In this document: piece by piece, positions 49,001-60,100 of the stretch
How positions within the stretch are numbered: position 1 is the stretch's first letter
Layout of the letters: each line of letters opens with the position of its first letter
Source of the DNA: a virus
Strand: one strand, 5' to 3'
Virus record (IMG/VR): IMGVR_UViG_3300027969_000063
Coordinates: 41,517-105,516 of that record
DNA: 64,000 nucleotides
Notes under the pieces: model-generated
Told to the model about the DNA's origin: nothing
The model's database searches: none
What the model saw: the letters and a program-made list of their open reading frames with translations, nothing else
Position numbers and translations under genes: made by a program

Positions 49001-51152
49001 TAACTGCTGTATTATCGCCTAATTGACCTATAGCGCCATTACCCCATGTCCATAAACCACCAGTAGTATCAATAGCAACTGCAGCTGATATGTTATAACT
49101 TATTTGACTCCATGTGCTTGGTATAGTAACAGTTGTTTGTACAGGAGTAGATTTATTAATTGTAGTACCATCACCTAATTGGCCGGTAGCATTATTACCC
49201 CAAGCAAACAATTTACCATCTGATGTAATACCGGTTGAGTGTGTACTACCAGCACTTACTGATGACCATGAACTGGATCCAATTTGTACAGGTGAAGATT
49301 TGTTTATTGTTGTACCATCACCTAAGTGACCGTTAGTATTTTGACCCCAAGTATATAAGGCACCGGTAGTGGTGATACCTGCTGTATGTGAAGCACCAGC
49401 TGATGCTACTGACCACGATGATGTACCAATTTTTACTGGTGAAGATTTGGCAACTGTAGTATTATCACCAATTTGACCGGTAGCATTAGAACCCCACGCA
49501 TATAAATTACCATTAATATCAGTAGCGGTAGTATGTATATCACCAGCAGATACAGATGACCAAGAAGAAGATCCAATTTTTACTGGTGAAGATTTTGAAA
49601 CTATTGTGCCATCGCCTAATTGTCCTGAAGTACCAAAACCCCAAGCATATAAAGCACCAGTAGAATCAATAGCAACTATATGTGAATTGCCTGCAGATAC
49701 AGATGACCATGAAGATGTACCAATTTTAACTGGTGAAGATTTTGAAACTACTGTATTATCACCCAATTGTCCTATGGAATTATTACCCCAAGTATATAAG
49801 GCACCGGTAGTGGTGATACCTGCTGTAAATGTTCCATTTCTATTAGCTGAAAGTTGTTTCCAAGTAGGCGCTGAGATTATAGGAATTAATACGGGTGACG
49901 ATCTATTAGTTGTGGTGCCGTCACCAATTTGACCAGTAACATTATAACCCCATGCATATAAATTACCATTAATATCGGTAGCAGATGTGTGATATTGTCC
50001 AGCACTTACTGTTGTCCATGAAGAAGAACCAATTTTAACGGGAGAAGATTTAGCAACGGTAGTATTATCACCTAAACCACCATAATTATTATAACCCCAA
50101 GCATAGAGCGCACCAGTAGAATCAATGGCGGCCATATGTGAAAAACCGGCTGATACTATTGACCATGAGTTTGAACCAATTTTAACAGGAGAAGATTTAG
50201 AAACTATTGTATTATCGCCTAATGCACCATAATTGGTGTTATTGCCCCATGTATACAAAGCACCATTAGTGGTGATACCTGCTGTAAATCCTGCTCCAAT
50301 ACTAGTTACAATTTGTTTGAAAGAAAAATTACCATTTGCAAAACCAATTTGTGTTGGTGTACTATAATATGGTTGACCCGTTATGTAACCAACTTGACCC
50401 GCATCATTTTGACCCCAAGCCCATAGTCCGCCATTTGTTGTAATACCTGTTACATATTGACTTCCAGCACTTACAGATGTCCATGAAGATGTACCAATTA
50501 ATACCGGCGATGATTTATTAATTGTAGTACCATCACCTAATTGATTACTACTATTTAAACCCCATGTATACAAAACGCCAAGTGAATCAATTGCTGCTGT
50601 ATAAGATTGTCCTGCACTCACTATACTCCAAGATTTATTTCCAAGTTGTGTTGGTGTTGATTTGTCAATTGTAGTACCATCACCTAATTGGCCATTATTA
50701 TTAAGGCCCCATACAAACAAAGCACCATCAGTAGTACGAATGGCTGCAAAATGATTGCCAACACCTTGACCTCCTGTAATTGATTTCCAAGGATACTCAA
50801 CAGTTTTTGTTATTGATATTGCTACTGGTGAAGATTTGTTAATTGTAGTACCATCACCAATTTGATAAGCTGAATTATTACCCCATGTGTATAATTTATT
50901 ACCTGTTACAACACCAAAATTAGCATAACCAGATTCAAGTGCTGTAATACTTCCTAAAGGTATTGATGTTGGAGTGGATTTACTGACTGTTGTACCATCA
51001 CCAAGTTCTCCGTTGCTAGCGTTACCTAATACATATAAAGTTTGAGCTGCATCTAATATAGCTGTAGTACCAGAGCTAGTTGTTGCTATTTTTGTAACAG
51101 TATTAGCAGTTGATAAAACTGGAACTTGTGTTGGAAATGAAGTAGTGGTCAT
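43047..51152 (-). CDS. Giant RCC1-repeat beta-propeller protein (2701 aa), probable virion appendage
   Basis: About 52 repeats of SW..VSAG..H..AI...G.LY.WG.N..GQLGDGTT..KSSPV.IG. Confidence 0.88.
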   Translation of the reverse strand: MTTTSFPTQVPVLSTANTVTKIATTSSGTTAILDAAQTLYVLGNASNGELGDGTTVSKSTPTSIPLGSITALESGYANFGVVTGNKLYTWGNNSAYQIGDGTTINKSSPVAISITKTVEYPWKSITGGQGVGNHFAAIRTTDGALFVWGLNNNGQLGDGTTIDKSTPTQLGNKSWSIVSAGQSYTAAIDSLGVLYTWGLNSSNQLGDGTTINKSSPVLIGTSSWTSVSAGSQYVTGITTNGGLWAWGQNDAGQVGYITGQPYYSTPTQIGFANGNFSFKQIVTSIGAGFTAGITTNGALYTWGNNTNYGALGDNTIVSKSSPVKIGSNSWSIVSAGFSHMAAIDSTGALYAWGYNNYGGLGDNTTVAKSSPVKIGSSSWTTVSAGQYHTSATDINGNLYAWGYNVTGQIGDGTTTNRSSPVLIPIISAPTWKQLSANRNGTFTAGITTTGALYTWGNNSIGQLGDNTVVSKSSPVKIGTSSWSSVSAGNSHIVAIDSTGALYAWGFGTSGQLGDGTIVSKSSPVKIGSSSWSSVSAGDIHTTATDINGNLYAWGSNATGQIGDNTTVAKSSPVKIGTSSWSVASAGASHTAGITTTGALYTWGQNTNGHLGDGTTINKSSPVQIGSSSWSSVSAGSTHSTGITSDGKLFAWGNNATGQLGDGTTINKSTPVQTTVTIPSTWSQISYNISAAVAIDTTGGLWTWGNGAIGQLGDNTAVNKSSPVKIGSSSWSVVAAGVQVAFGITTAGALYAWGYNNVGQLGDGTTVTKSSPVQIGNNSWSTIAAGNQHAVAIDSTGALWTWGSGSFGALGDNTTVTKSSPVKIGSSSWTKVAAGSLNAWAIDITGALYAWGFGNVGQLGDNTSVTKSSPVKIGSSSWSVVTAGAGITIDGSLFTWSANASDTGYLGDGTTIAKSSPVKIGTSSWIAVVSNVGNGSIAAIDTTGALYTWGNNAGGILGDGTTVNKSSPVKIGTSSWSSIGAGGSTTAGITTTGVLFTWGLGTSGELGDNTVVSKSSPVFVLAPTNPIVSWTSVSAGGSHTAAISTANTLYVWGGNATGQLGDGTTINKTTAFKVGPTSNPSILSWTSVSAGGTHTAAVTTANTAYMWGLGTSGQLGDGTATSKSSPVFVTAYDPVLNVYSSWTVVTAGVSHTAAITTSGKLYTWGGNAAGQLGNGNTIDKLSAVQLGTSSWSAVSAGQAHTIASDSLKKLYAWGDNSLGQLGDGTTINKSSPVVTTPSIPGAWKQITGGPANFFLAIKNSDSSLWSWGDNQQGQLGDGTVTTRFSPVKIGSSSWLAIAAGTSYVTAIDTVGRLFAWGSGSNGQLGDGTTVNKSSPIQIGTSSWTKVSVGNNTAAIDINGRLFTWGANGFGNLGDGTLVAKSSPVQIGSSSWTSVSVGSYHTSAIDSTGALWAWGDNSFGEIGTDLGLNLSYVLPVKIQTSSVYYSSWNQVASGQYNQAIITSTGALYTWGYNPNGQLGDNTANNKSAPIKIGSSSWTRVSVKGLASAGIDINGRLYTWGQNTAGQLGDNTTVTKSSPVQIGTSSWAFVAAGVSYMAGITSSGAWYAWGNNTNGALGDGTIVAKSSPVLINSGSSFTIVSLGYNHTGGIDVNGGLWMTGTNSTGQLGNGNTTNQSFPIKIGSSSWTIISISGPSNTAGITKDGSLFTWGNNSNGELGDGTTINKSSPVKIGTSSWSKLAAGYDGHRAIDINGRLFAWGSNTYGQLGDGTTINQSSPVQIGTSSWSFIGSDIFGVIGITTSGNLYTWGYNLYGGLGDGTTINKSSPVFIGIGNNAAAIYSSWTTVSAGSGYVLGIDTTGSLYAWGQNNLGFLGDGTTSNRSVPIKIGSSSWSAISSGFSTSAGIATNGALYVWGYNAQGQLGDGTTINKSSPVQIGTSSWTKVFSMTSNVSAIDINGLLWNWGSINYFNILPSNLTSSPVVLGYPYDTTSNISFNFVSAGYSTSTAIDTLGSLWLWGYNPYGNLGGLSTASRSVPVQLSTTTSGYSSSSWSAVSASQYNTAAITTANNAYVWGYNNQGQLGDTSTVSKSSPVLVSVINEALNSYSSWSAVSADGSHTAAITTTGALYTWGANSSGNLGDGTTIGKSTPVKIGTSSWSIVSVGNYFTVGLTAAGQLHAWGSNNSGRLGDGTIVDKSSPVLIDVYPWTSVKAHYQNTTGVKNGYNYIWGDNQYGQLGDGTTIGKSQPIIITNSKPFTSWKLLRTGGALGPTSGGISDDGSLYTWGSNNDGMLGNGIAGNTFTERQTVPQLLFGNSWTILSVGINRHSAAIDTTGALYTWGYNVNGQLGDGTTIDKSSPVKIGTKSWSAVSAGYVNTIAIDTTGALYIWGTGLFGAFGDGTTINKSSPVKIGTSSWSSVYAGSYNNFAIDITGALYAWGDNSSGDLGDGTLINRSSPVKIGAEGSTTVSWTMVTAGHAITNTGRLFGWGGNSSGQIGDNTVISKSTPVTVVSGSSFSFINCNGNSSVAIDIAGRLFNWGNGGGVPSIVSNSASTGVPWKTAVTGGGGGVQYYLLLDNNNVSYGYGNNTYGQMGIGTTVSPASVTDRAAIINQSNIKNSKGLGWKSLSIGLSTAFGINLSDSLYAWGANTNNAFGFNTVPTSRSTPDIVNIAISNLNIIDVAIGNNTTIAITTDNETNSYLYAWGNNAVGQYGDGSTVTRSSPVLVAQLATGYTANLFSGGAGSNFRR

Positions 51153-51177
51153 ATTTTTTTATTTTATTAATATCTAA

Positions 51178-51185
51178 TATTTATC
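51178..51185 (-). promoter_or_regulatory. Late-promoter-like element
   Basis: GATAAATA overlapping the stop of the 4228-aa ORF. Confidence 0.45.
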
Positions 51186-54100
51186 TAAGGTTTCCTAATT
51201 GGCCATTACTATCAAGACCCCATGTGTATAAAGTATTGGTACTGTCAATTGCTGCTGAATGTCCTTGTCCAGTTGCAACAGAAATCCAATTTGATTTACC
51301 TACACTAATTTGAACAGGTGAAGATTTGTTAATTGTAGTACCATCACCCATTTGACCGGAACTATTAAGACCCCATGCAAATAAACGACCACTTGAATCA
51401 ACTGCTAATATTTGGCCAAAAGATGCACTTACTGATACCCATGAAGAATTGCCAACTTGTACCGGTGAAGATTTGTTAATTGTAGTACCATCACCTAAAC
51501 TACCCCAAGTATTATCACCCCACATAAACAACCGACCTTGAATGTCAATACCTACCGTAGTTCTATTAGAAGAAGCTTGAACAAAAGCCCAAGAACTGTT
51601 GCCTATTTTATTAACCCATGAAGTTTTTGTTGTTACTGTACCATCACCTAATGCACCACTAAGTGCATCACCCCATGCATATAGAGCACCAGCCGTGGTA
51701 ATACCTACTACATATCCACCAGGAGTAGCTCCTGTACGGCCTCCACCAACATCTACAATTGTCCAAGAAGATCCAGTTAGTGGTTGACCAGTGCTTGAAC
51801 CAAAACCACCAGAAGTATTGTCACCTTTTTCACCGGTAACTGAATATCCTGTAAAGGTAGCAACACCATTGTTATTTAAAAGGAATGTACTGCAATAAGC
51901 TGTTCCTCCAGCATTATTTGCAGAATTGGTGCCAACAAAACTAAATGATGATCCAGCATAACATAATACCGGTGAAGATGTGGATGCTCCGGCACTAGCA
52001 TTTGCTGGATTTCCTCGATCATTAAAACCCCATGCATATAAAGCACCTTGAGTAGTAATAGCTATACTAATAAAATGAGAGGCTTTTACAAATGTCCATG
52101 AAGAAGTACCAAGTTTTACTGGAGATGATTTAGAAACTATTGTATTATCACCTAATTGACCAGAAGTATTCAAGCCCCAAACCCATAAACCACCAGTAGT
52201 ATCAATAGCCATTGTATGAGAAGCACCAAGACTTATTTTTTTCCAAGTTGCAGATGTGTTATAAAAATTGGTAGTAACCAATGTTTTTTGCGGATTATTT
52301 ACAAGCGGATTAGTTCCTAAACCTAATTGACTATTGGTATTATTTCCCCAACCATATAAACTACCGGATATTCCACGGCCATAGAAGAAGTTTCCTGTAC
52401 CTGATGATATTAAATTAAATGAAGTATCTGCCACTACTGTATCTAAACCAATTTGTACGGGTGAAGATTTGCTAGTAGTGGTGACATCACCTAATTGATA
52501 AGAACTAGCAAGACCCCATGTAAACAGTCGGCCATTAATATCAAGACCTAAATTATTATTATTTGAAAATGGATTACCATTTACCACGGACCAAGATGAT
52601 GAACCAATTTTTATTGGAACGGATCTACTAATTGTTGTACCATCACCTAATTGACCAGAAGCATTAACACCCCAAGCATACAAAGCACCAGTTGAATCAA
52701 TAGCATTTGATAAACCAACATAAGACCAAGATGTAGTATTGTAAGAATATGGAACAGAATTAATTGTTTGAACATTTCTATTGGTTGTTGTGCCATCACC
52801 TAATTGGCCAGAAGTATTAAGACCCCAAGTATATACATTACCTGTAGTATTAATAGCTGCTGCATGAGTACTACCAGCACTTACTGTAGTCCATGATAAT
52901 GAACCAACTTGTACTGGTGATGATCTAGTTGCACCACCATCACCTAATTGACTAGTAGCACCATTACCCCAAGAATATAAACGACCGAGTGTATTGAGAG
53001 CAAATGTACTATCAAGTCCAGCACTCACTACAGTCCAAGAATAATATGTTGAAAGAATGACAGTTGCACCAATTTGTACTGGAGAAGATTTATCAACAAT
53101 AGTATTATCACCTAATTGGCCATAATTATTAACACCCCAAGCAAACAAACGACCAGTATTATCTATAGCAGAACTACCTTGGCCAGAAGATAATTTAGTC
53201 CACGATGAAGTACTAACTTGTACTGGTGATGATCTATTAGTGATTGTACCATCACCAAATGCGCCGCCAGCATTTGAACCCCAAGCCCATAAATTACCAA
53301 TAGAATCAATAGCTGTGGTAGCATAGTTGCTAGTAACTACTTTTGTCCAAGCTCTTGTACCAATTTTTACCGGCGATGATTTATTAATTGTTGTGCCATC
53401 ACCCATAAAACCAGAAGCATTCCATCCCCAAGTATATAATGCACCAGTAGTATCGATAGCCGCTGTAGTAGAAAAACCTACTGATATTAATATCCATGAT
53501 GAAGTACCAATTTGTACCGGTGAGGATTTACCAGCTGAGGTGTTATCACCTAATTGGCCTAAGGAATTATTACCCCACATAAACAAACGACCATTAATAT
53601 CAATTGCTGCACCCCTTGAATCACCACAACTTACCATTGACCATGAACTCGTACCAATTTGTACTGGTGAAGATTTAGCAACTAAAGTACCATCACCTAA
53701 TTGACCAACAGCGTTATCACCCCAAGCATATAAACGACCATTGGTATCGATAGCTAACACATTACTGTATCCAACACTTACTGCTGACCATGAACTTGTA
53801 CCAATTTTAGCAGGTGAAGATTTAGAAACTCCGGCATTATCACCTAATTGTCCGCTAGCTGATGAACCCCAAGTCCACAAAGCACCAGTAGAATCAATAG
53901 CTGCCGACATAGCATTAACAACACCAAATCCGCCGGCGCTTACTTTACTCCATGTGCGATATCCGGTTGGTGTATCCAAATTTGATCCAATTTGTATTGG
54001 AGTGGATTTACTAATTGTAGTACCATCACCTAAATTACCAACTGAATTTTGACCCCATGCCCATAATGTTGAATCTTCAGCACGAATGGCTAAAGTATGA

Positions 54101-57100
54101 GAATTATTTAATCCTCTCGACACTTCACTCCATGTAGAAGATATTGTTGTTGAAGTATTTGCTTGTTGTATTATTACTGGTGAAGATTTACTAATTGTAG
54201 TACCATCACCTAGTTGGCCACTAGTATTTTGACCCCATGTAAACAAACGGCCAATAGTATTAATTGCAGTAGTATAAGAATTACCAAGAGCTACGGATGA
54301 CCACGAATCGGTTCCTATTTGTACAGGTGAAAATTTATTAATTGTGGTACCATCACCTAGTTGGCCAACATTATTTAAACCCCAAGCAAACAAAGCTCTT
54401 GCACTTGTAATAGCTGCTGTATGAGTACCACCAACAGCTACGGCTGACCATGAAGAATAAACATATGTTGTTTCATTATAAACATTAGAAACGGTTACTG
54501 GTGATGATCTAGTAATTGTAGTACCGTCACCTAATTGATATGAAGAATTAAAACCCCATGCAAATAAATTACCAGTCAAATTAATTGCAGTGGTAAAAGA
54601 ACTACCATTACTAACAGCTACGGTTGTCCATGAAGAAGTACCAATTTGTACTGGTGATGATCTAGTGGTTACTGTATTATCACCTAAGTTGCCTAGACCA
54701 TTATAACCCCATCCATACAAACGACTGTTTATATCAATACCCATTGTATGGAGATCACCTGCGGCCACTTTAGTCCATGAGCTTGAACCAATTTTTACCG
54801 GCGATATATTGTTAGTTGTACTGTTGTTACCTAATTGACCATAAGCATTATATCCCCAACCATATAAAGCACCAGTAGTATCAATGGCGGTAGTATAATT
54901 AGTACCTGCACTTACTGCGGTCCATGAAGAATAAACATTTAATGCTTCATTGTATGCTGTAACTAATACTGGAGATGATCTACTGGTTACGCTACGGTCA
55001 CCTAATTGGCCAGAAGTATTAAGACCCCAAGCATATAAATTACCTGTAATATCAATAGCTTTTGTGTTATTATTACCAGCACTTACTACTGACCATGAAG
55101 AGGTACCAATTCTTGCTGCTGTAGATTTAGTTGTTGTTGTATTATCGCCTAATGCACCATAAGTACCACTACCCCATGTCCATAAAGCACCGGTAGTAGT
55201 AATAGCGGCACCACCTGAGGCGCCAGCAGACACAGAAGTCCAAGACGGAAGAGAAGAACCTGTTACAGTATCCGCTAACGTACTCAATAATACTGGTGAA
55301 GATTTAGAAACTGTTGAATTATCAGCTAGTTGTCCATATTGATTGCTACCCCATGTATACAAAGTACCATTACTTAATATACCAGTAGTATAATTATATA
55401 GTGCTGAAGCTGGCATATTAACGGCCACGGCCGACCATGAAGAAGTACCAATTTGTACAGGAGAAGTTTTATCAACAGTAGTATTATCACCTAAATTTCC
55501 ATAACCATTATAACCCCATGCAAATAAAGCACCAGTAGAAGTAATTGCCGCAACGTGTTGTGAACCAGTACTTATTGATGACCAAGAATAAGTTGATACA
55601 ATTTTAGTTGGATAAGAAAGATTTTGTTGACCATATATTCCTGGAATAAAAGTATAACTACCCGATAATGCTTTTTGGTAACCCCACATATACAAACTGC
55701 CATTAGTATCAATTGCCGATTGAGTAGATCCACCAGCATTTACAAATGACCAAGAAGAATAAGTAACTGTGGTGCTATCTACATTAAGTGCTGTTAATGA
55801 ACTTAATTGAAATGGTGGACTACCTGCAGCTGAGTAAGCTGTGCCATCTGTAGCAATAGCAACTGGTTGTGTATAACCAGCATCTACAAATGACCAAGAA
55901 GAAGTACCAATTTTTGTTGGTGACGATCTAGAAATTACTGTACCGTCACCCAAACGACCATCGCTATTTTGACCCCATGTATATAGAGCACCAGTAGTAT
56001 CGATGGCATATGTATAATCCCATCCAGCGGATACTTGTGTATATGAATTTGTACCATATATTTGAGTTGGTGTAACTATAAAAGTTTGGCCGTTACCTAA
56101 TCCACCACTATAACTTGCACCCCATGTCCATATTCGGCCAAGAGTATCAATAGCTGCGCAATGACTTTGGCTAATACTTACCATGGTCCATGAAGAACCT
56201 GCAGGACCAATTTGTACCGGCGAAGAATAGTTAACACTATTAAATCCGTTTTGACCTATACTACCGGAACCCCAAGCAAATAGTCGACCAACAGCATCGA
56301 TAGCTAAAGTTGTAAATGCTGATTTACCAGTAGCAACCATTGCCCATGAAGAAGTACCAATTTTTTGTGGAGTGGTTTGAGGAGTAGTTGCATTACCAAT
56401 ACCTAATTGACCCTGAGCATTATAACCCCATCCATAAAGTTCTCCAGAAATAGTAATGCCCATGGTATAACTATGACCGGCTGAAATTTTACTCCAAGAA
56501 GATGCGCCCACTCCAATTATTCGTTTTGGCGCACTAACAGTAGTTGTTGTACCATCGCCTAATTGATAAGTACTATTATTACCCCACACCCATAAACGAT
56601 TAAGGGTATCAATAAGCATGTAATGATTGGTTCCTGCTGATACTGATGATACTTTAGGACCAAAACCGTAAAGTGATCCGCCATAATTATTATAATAAAG
56701 ACTAATAGTATACAAATTTTGATTATTATCAACAGCATAAGCATTTTGATTTGTATCAATAGATATTTTGCTTAAAGGTACTGTTGCTGGTTTATTAGAA
56801 ACTTGTCCTGCTGCACCACCACTGGCCCATGTATATAAATTTCCTAAATTATCAATTGCAAAAGTTCGATTTGCAGCACTTAGTGAAGTCCAAGATTGAG
56901 TTGAAGGAGCTAAAGGTGTTGATTTAACAAATACTGGTGATGATTTTGTAGCCACTCCTGATCCGTCAGCTAATTGACCATAGGTGTTATCACCCCACAC
57001 ATATAAATTGCCACCAGAATTATATGCTAGAATATTTTGCTGAGTAATCTCTATTGAATTTGGAGACAATCCACTTAAATTAGGAAGAGTTGTCATTATA

Positions 57101-60100
57101 GGACTAACATTGGTGTTATTGTTACCGCTTAAATAATAACCATTATAACCCCAATGCCATAAAGTATTAGTGCTATCAATAGCACAGCTCGCTAAAGCAG
57201 TTTTTGCAAATATCCAACTTCTATCAATACCAATTTGTACAGGTGAAGATTTAGACACGTTAGTACCATCACCTAATTCATATGAGGAATTATAACCCCA
57301 TGTAAACAAACGGCTATTAATATCAATAGCAGATGAAGAGGAATAACCAGCACGCACAAATGACCATGAGCTATTACCAATTTGTACCGGCGAAGCAGCT
57401 GTATATTGAGCAACTGTTGTACCATCACCTAAATTACCATAAGTATTATTAAGTAAACCCCATAAACGACCAACGGTATCAATTGCAAGAATATGAGCTG
57501 CACCTTGAGATGACATTACAAATGAGTTGCCTGCACCCATTTGTACTGGTGAATTTCCTTGTCCTAAACTAGAACCCCAAAAATATAATCGACCACTGGT
57601 ATCAATGGCTGAAAATCCAGCACATTGAAGATCCGTAGCACCTAAAGCTGTCCAGCTTTTATCAGTACCAATTTGTACAGGAGAAGATTTATGAGTAAAT
57701 GTTGAAGCATTATTAATATCACCTAACTGAGAAGCATCATTTGAACCCCATGTGAATAGGCGACCATCAACCGTAATACCTGCTGAAGATGACCTACACA
57801 CCGCTACTGTTGTCCATGAAGAAGTACCAATTTGCATGGCACTATATTGTTTATTTCCTGTTCCTGAATTAACTGAATTATTACCTATTTGGCCACTTCC
57901 ATTAGCACCCCATGCCCATAAAGCACCGGTAGAATCGATGGCTAATGCATGTTGACCTATTGAAACTTTTTTCCAATTACCCGATAATGCAACCGCTACT
58001 GGTGATGATTTATTAACCGCTGTACCATCACCTGGATTGTTACCCCAACTATATGCTTTACCTGTACTATCAATTGCAGATGTAAAAAAGTTACCTGCAG
58101 CCACTTTTGTCCATGAACTAGAGCCAATTTTAACTGGTGAAGATTTTGAAACTGTAGTGCCATCACCTAATTGGCCATAGGTAGCATTAGAACCCCACAC
58201 ATATAAAGCACCTGTAATATCAACAGCAGCTGAATGAGAATTACCAGCAGCTACATATGCCCATGATGATGTACCAATTTTAACTGGCGAAGATTTATCG
58301 ATGGTAGTACCATCACCTAATTGACCGGCAATATTTCGGCCCCACGCCCACAATGATGAATCTTGATTACGAATTGCTAATGTAAAAAATTCATTTTGAG
58401 AAATTTGTTTCCATGTAGCTGTTGTGGATCCAATTAATTGAACGGCTCGAGATTTATCAATTGCAGTATTGTCACTCAATTGACCATTAGAATTATAACC
58501 CCATGCCCACAAAGAACCAGTATAATCAATAGCAGTTGTATGGTAATTACCAGAACTTATTTTTGACCATGATGTATATGAATTTAATGTTTGAGTAAGA
58601 GAAGCGGTAAAAGCAGCAAGAACAACAGGAGAAGATTTGGAAATTGTTGTGCCATCACCAATTGCACCTGATGTGCCAAGACCCCAAACAAATAAATTAC
58701 CATTAACATCAATAGCGGATGTGTGTGTTTGTCCAGCGTATACGGCTGACCATGATGAGGTACCAATTTGTACAGGAGAAGATTTATTAACTGTTTGTCC
58801 ATCACCTAATTGGCCATTAGCATCATTACCCCATGTAAACAAACGACCAACAGAATCAATAGCGGCACAATGAGATTGTCCTGCACTAACAAATGACCAT
58901 GAAGATGAACCAATTTTGGTTGGTAATGATTTTTGAACTGTAGTGCCATCACCTAATTGACCATTAGAACCACTACCCCAAACATATAGAGAACCATCAA
59001 TAGTAATAGCTAATGTATTGGAACCTCCAACAGAAACTTTTGCCCATGAAGAAGAACCTACTTGTACGGGCGATGATTTAGTAACAGTAGTGCCATCGCC
59101 TAAGTTTGCTAAGTTACCATAACCCCATGTAAACAAACGGCCATTAATATCAATAGCGGCCGTATTTGAAGTGCCAGCTGATGCTACTGACCATGAAGAA
59201 GCACCAATTAATGTAGGATTAGATTTACTGGTAGCAGTACTATCACCTATTTGTCCATTAATACCACTACCCCATGTATATAATTTTCCTGTTGTATCAA
59301 TAGCAGCATTATGTAGATAACCTACGGATAGTAATGACCATGAACTTGAACCAATTTTAACCGGAGAAGATTTAGCAACAGTTGTGTTATCACCTAACTG
59401 ACCATAAGTAACGTTACTACCCCATGCATACAAAGCACCAGTAGAATCAATAGCAACTGCATGTGAAAAACCAGCACCAATTTGACTCCACGAAGAAGTA
59501 CCAATTTGTATTGGTGAAGATTTAGCAACTATTGTATTGTCACCTAATTGACCACCGTTATTAGAACCCCATGCCCATAAAGAACCATTAGAACGAATAC
59601 CAAATGTATCTTGAAATGTACCGGGTCCGCCACCTGCTGCGGTTTTACTCCAATAAACTGGTTCTGTATATGTTACAGCTGCAGCTCCAGCTTTTACCGG
59701 TGTGGATCTAGTAACTGTAGTGCCATCACCTAATTGTCCATAAACATTTTCACCCCAAGAATAGATTTGACCATTACTGGATTTTGCTACTGAATAATAG
59801 GTACCAACATCCAAATCAGTCCAAGTAGATGGTATAGTAAATGGTATGACGCTAGTTGAAATTGTTGGAGAATTTACAGGAGTAATATCTGTAATTGGTG
59901 ATGATTGACAAGTCATCAATTTTGTATTTGCTATTGCTGATATTGGTTGAGTTGGTACAGTAAATAATGATCCACTATAAACTGCTGTGCCGTTAACAAA
60001 ACGGAAGTTAGAAATATTTCCAGCAAATGTTGCAGCACCACTACCATCTGCTCCAATTCTTAATGATCCATTTCCTATTGTGCCGGCTTGTGTATCTGTT

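Noticed and set aside
51153-51186. T4 gene 60-style ribosomal bypass or readthrough fusing the two giant ORFs
   Set aside because: The second AGA in the gap is out of frame and followed by TAT TAA. An in-frame TAA precedes the ATG, and there is no take-off hairpin.
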